DNA from: Nemertoderma westbladi | Lineage: Eukaryota; Animalia; Xenacoelomorpha | Length of the DNA stretch: 51,141 nt | NCBI GenBank assembly: GCA_032718475.1 | Contig: JAUCBJ010001079.1 | Span: 1-51,141, forward strand | Direction: 5' to 3' | Part shown: positions 49,905-51,141 of the stretch, one piece after another | Numbering within the stretch: position 1 is the stretch's first letter | How the letters are laid out: each line of letters starts with the position of its first letter | The notes under the pieces: model-generated | Seen by the model: only the letters and a program-made list of their open reading frames with translations | What the model was told of the DNA's origin: nothing | The model's database searches: none | Made by a program: the position numbers and the translations under genes

Positions 49905-50312
49905 TAATACTGAATTATCTTTCAGTATTTACTGAATTATCTTTCAGTATTTACTGAATTATCTTTCAGTATTTACTGAATTATCTTTCAGTATTTACTG
50001 AATTATCTTTCAGTATTTACTGAATTATCTTTCAGTATTTACTGGATTATCTTTCAGTATTTACTGAATTATCTTTCAGTAATACTTAATTATCTTTCAG
50101 TAAAGTATTTATCTTTCAGTGATTATCTTTCAGTAATACTTAATTATCTTTCAGTAACGTATTTATCTTTCAGTGATTATCTTTCAGTATTTACTGAATT
50201 ATCTTTTAGTATTTACTGGATTATCTTTCAGTATTTACTGAATTATCTTTCAGTAATACTTAATTATCTTTCAGTAACGTATTTATCTTTCAGTGATTAT
50301 CTTTCAGTATTT
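49905..50312. repeat. Minisatellite, about 23-bp unit
   Basis: AATTATCTTTCAGTATTTACTGA-type unit repeated with variants. Confidence 0.9.
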
Positions 50313-50752
50313 GCAATAGCATATCAGTATAAAATCACTCGTTATAATAAATTCCGTATAAATTCCTTTATCTCTCTATTGAATTCAATAGGCCAATCAC
50401 AAAAAAGGCATATTCTAGAATATATAATGTTAATTTACGAAAACTGTCGACGGTGCAGTATGGCCTATGCAGTATGAAGTTACACTAGGCTACACAGTTT
50501 GTTGTTAGTTATGTATTAGCGTTTGACAGTGTGAAAGTTAGTGTTTGTTATTAGTGTTTGAAAGTTCCTGTACTGGTGATGGGTTTACTGGTGAAATTTT
50601 AAAATCAACCTTCCCAAAGGGCAAAACTATAACTATTCAGCTAACTACCTTAACGAAATTGAAGTCATTTTCCGAGAACTTTGGAGCCTCCGCCTGTTCT
50701 AGAATTTTGGAAATTTTGTGTCTTATTACTTCTTTCTTTAGAGTCATTCACT

Positions 50753-51079
50753 TCAAAGGTTAGAAGGGCGAACTTCCAGGTAGAGAATTCTAGAATCGGT
50801 TTCAAGTTCAGATGAAGCGGCTCGAAGAATACGCAGGTCACGTGTTATACTTAACGGTTCTGTAGAAGGACGACCTTGTCGACGGCCTCCCAACGGAACC
50901 CGGCTAGTAACTCTCCGTCTAGAACCGCCCGCTGTGCCGGAGCGAGGTACCGAATTCGCAGCAGCGTTAAACATTGTAGGCGAATTTGCCGGAACTTGAA
51001 TTCTATAAGGGGAGAAACTAGTCGACAATTCCGCTCGGACAGCTTCCCTTACCGAATCTACTGTAAACGCATTTGGCAT
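50753..51079 (-). other. Unassigned ORF fragment (108 aa), possibly a degenerate gene or element running off the window
   Basis: GC-richer than flanks and protein-like composition; no recognised motif. Confidence 0.25.
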
Positions 51080-51141
51080 AGGTGGTGGCGAGGTCGATGG
51101 ATTTGTATTCTCGTTTAGATTGCGATTGTGAATGGTGGGAG

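Overview
Eukaryotic (probably invertebrate animal) genomic DNA. 42-16666 is one BEL/Pao LTR retrotransposon lying inside-out: 3' gag-protease-integrase (RT and most RNase H deleted in frame), an accessory ORF (DEDDy/WRN-like exonuclease fold plus Cys/His fingers), LTR, about 66 x 61-bp satellite, LTR, then the 5' half of the same gag. Both junctions carry 5-bp duplications (ATGAC, CTGTA), which suggests a circular intermediate or a satellite-mediated duplication. The rest holds three minus-strand host genes: a 4-exon orphan gene, a PAXX-like gene and a 2-exon cysteinyl-tRNA synthetase. It also holds LINE, SINE, MITE/Helentron-like and foldback relics. Four 3.3-4.1 kb tandem arrays (61, 28, 51 and 42 bp units) are present. 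Three sit on or against gene boundaries (CARS splice donor, CARS stop codon, orphan-gene acceptor) and the fourth has a splice-donor motif in many units. All calls come from reading by eye; no searches were run.
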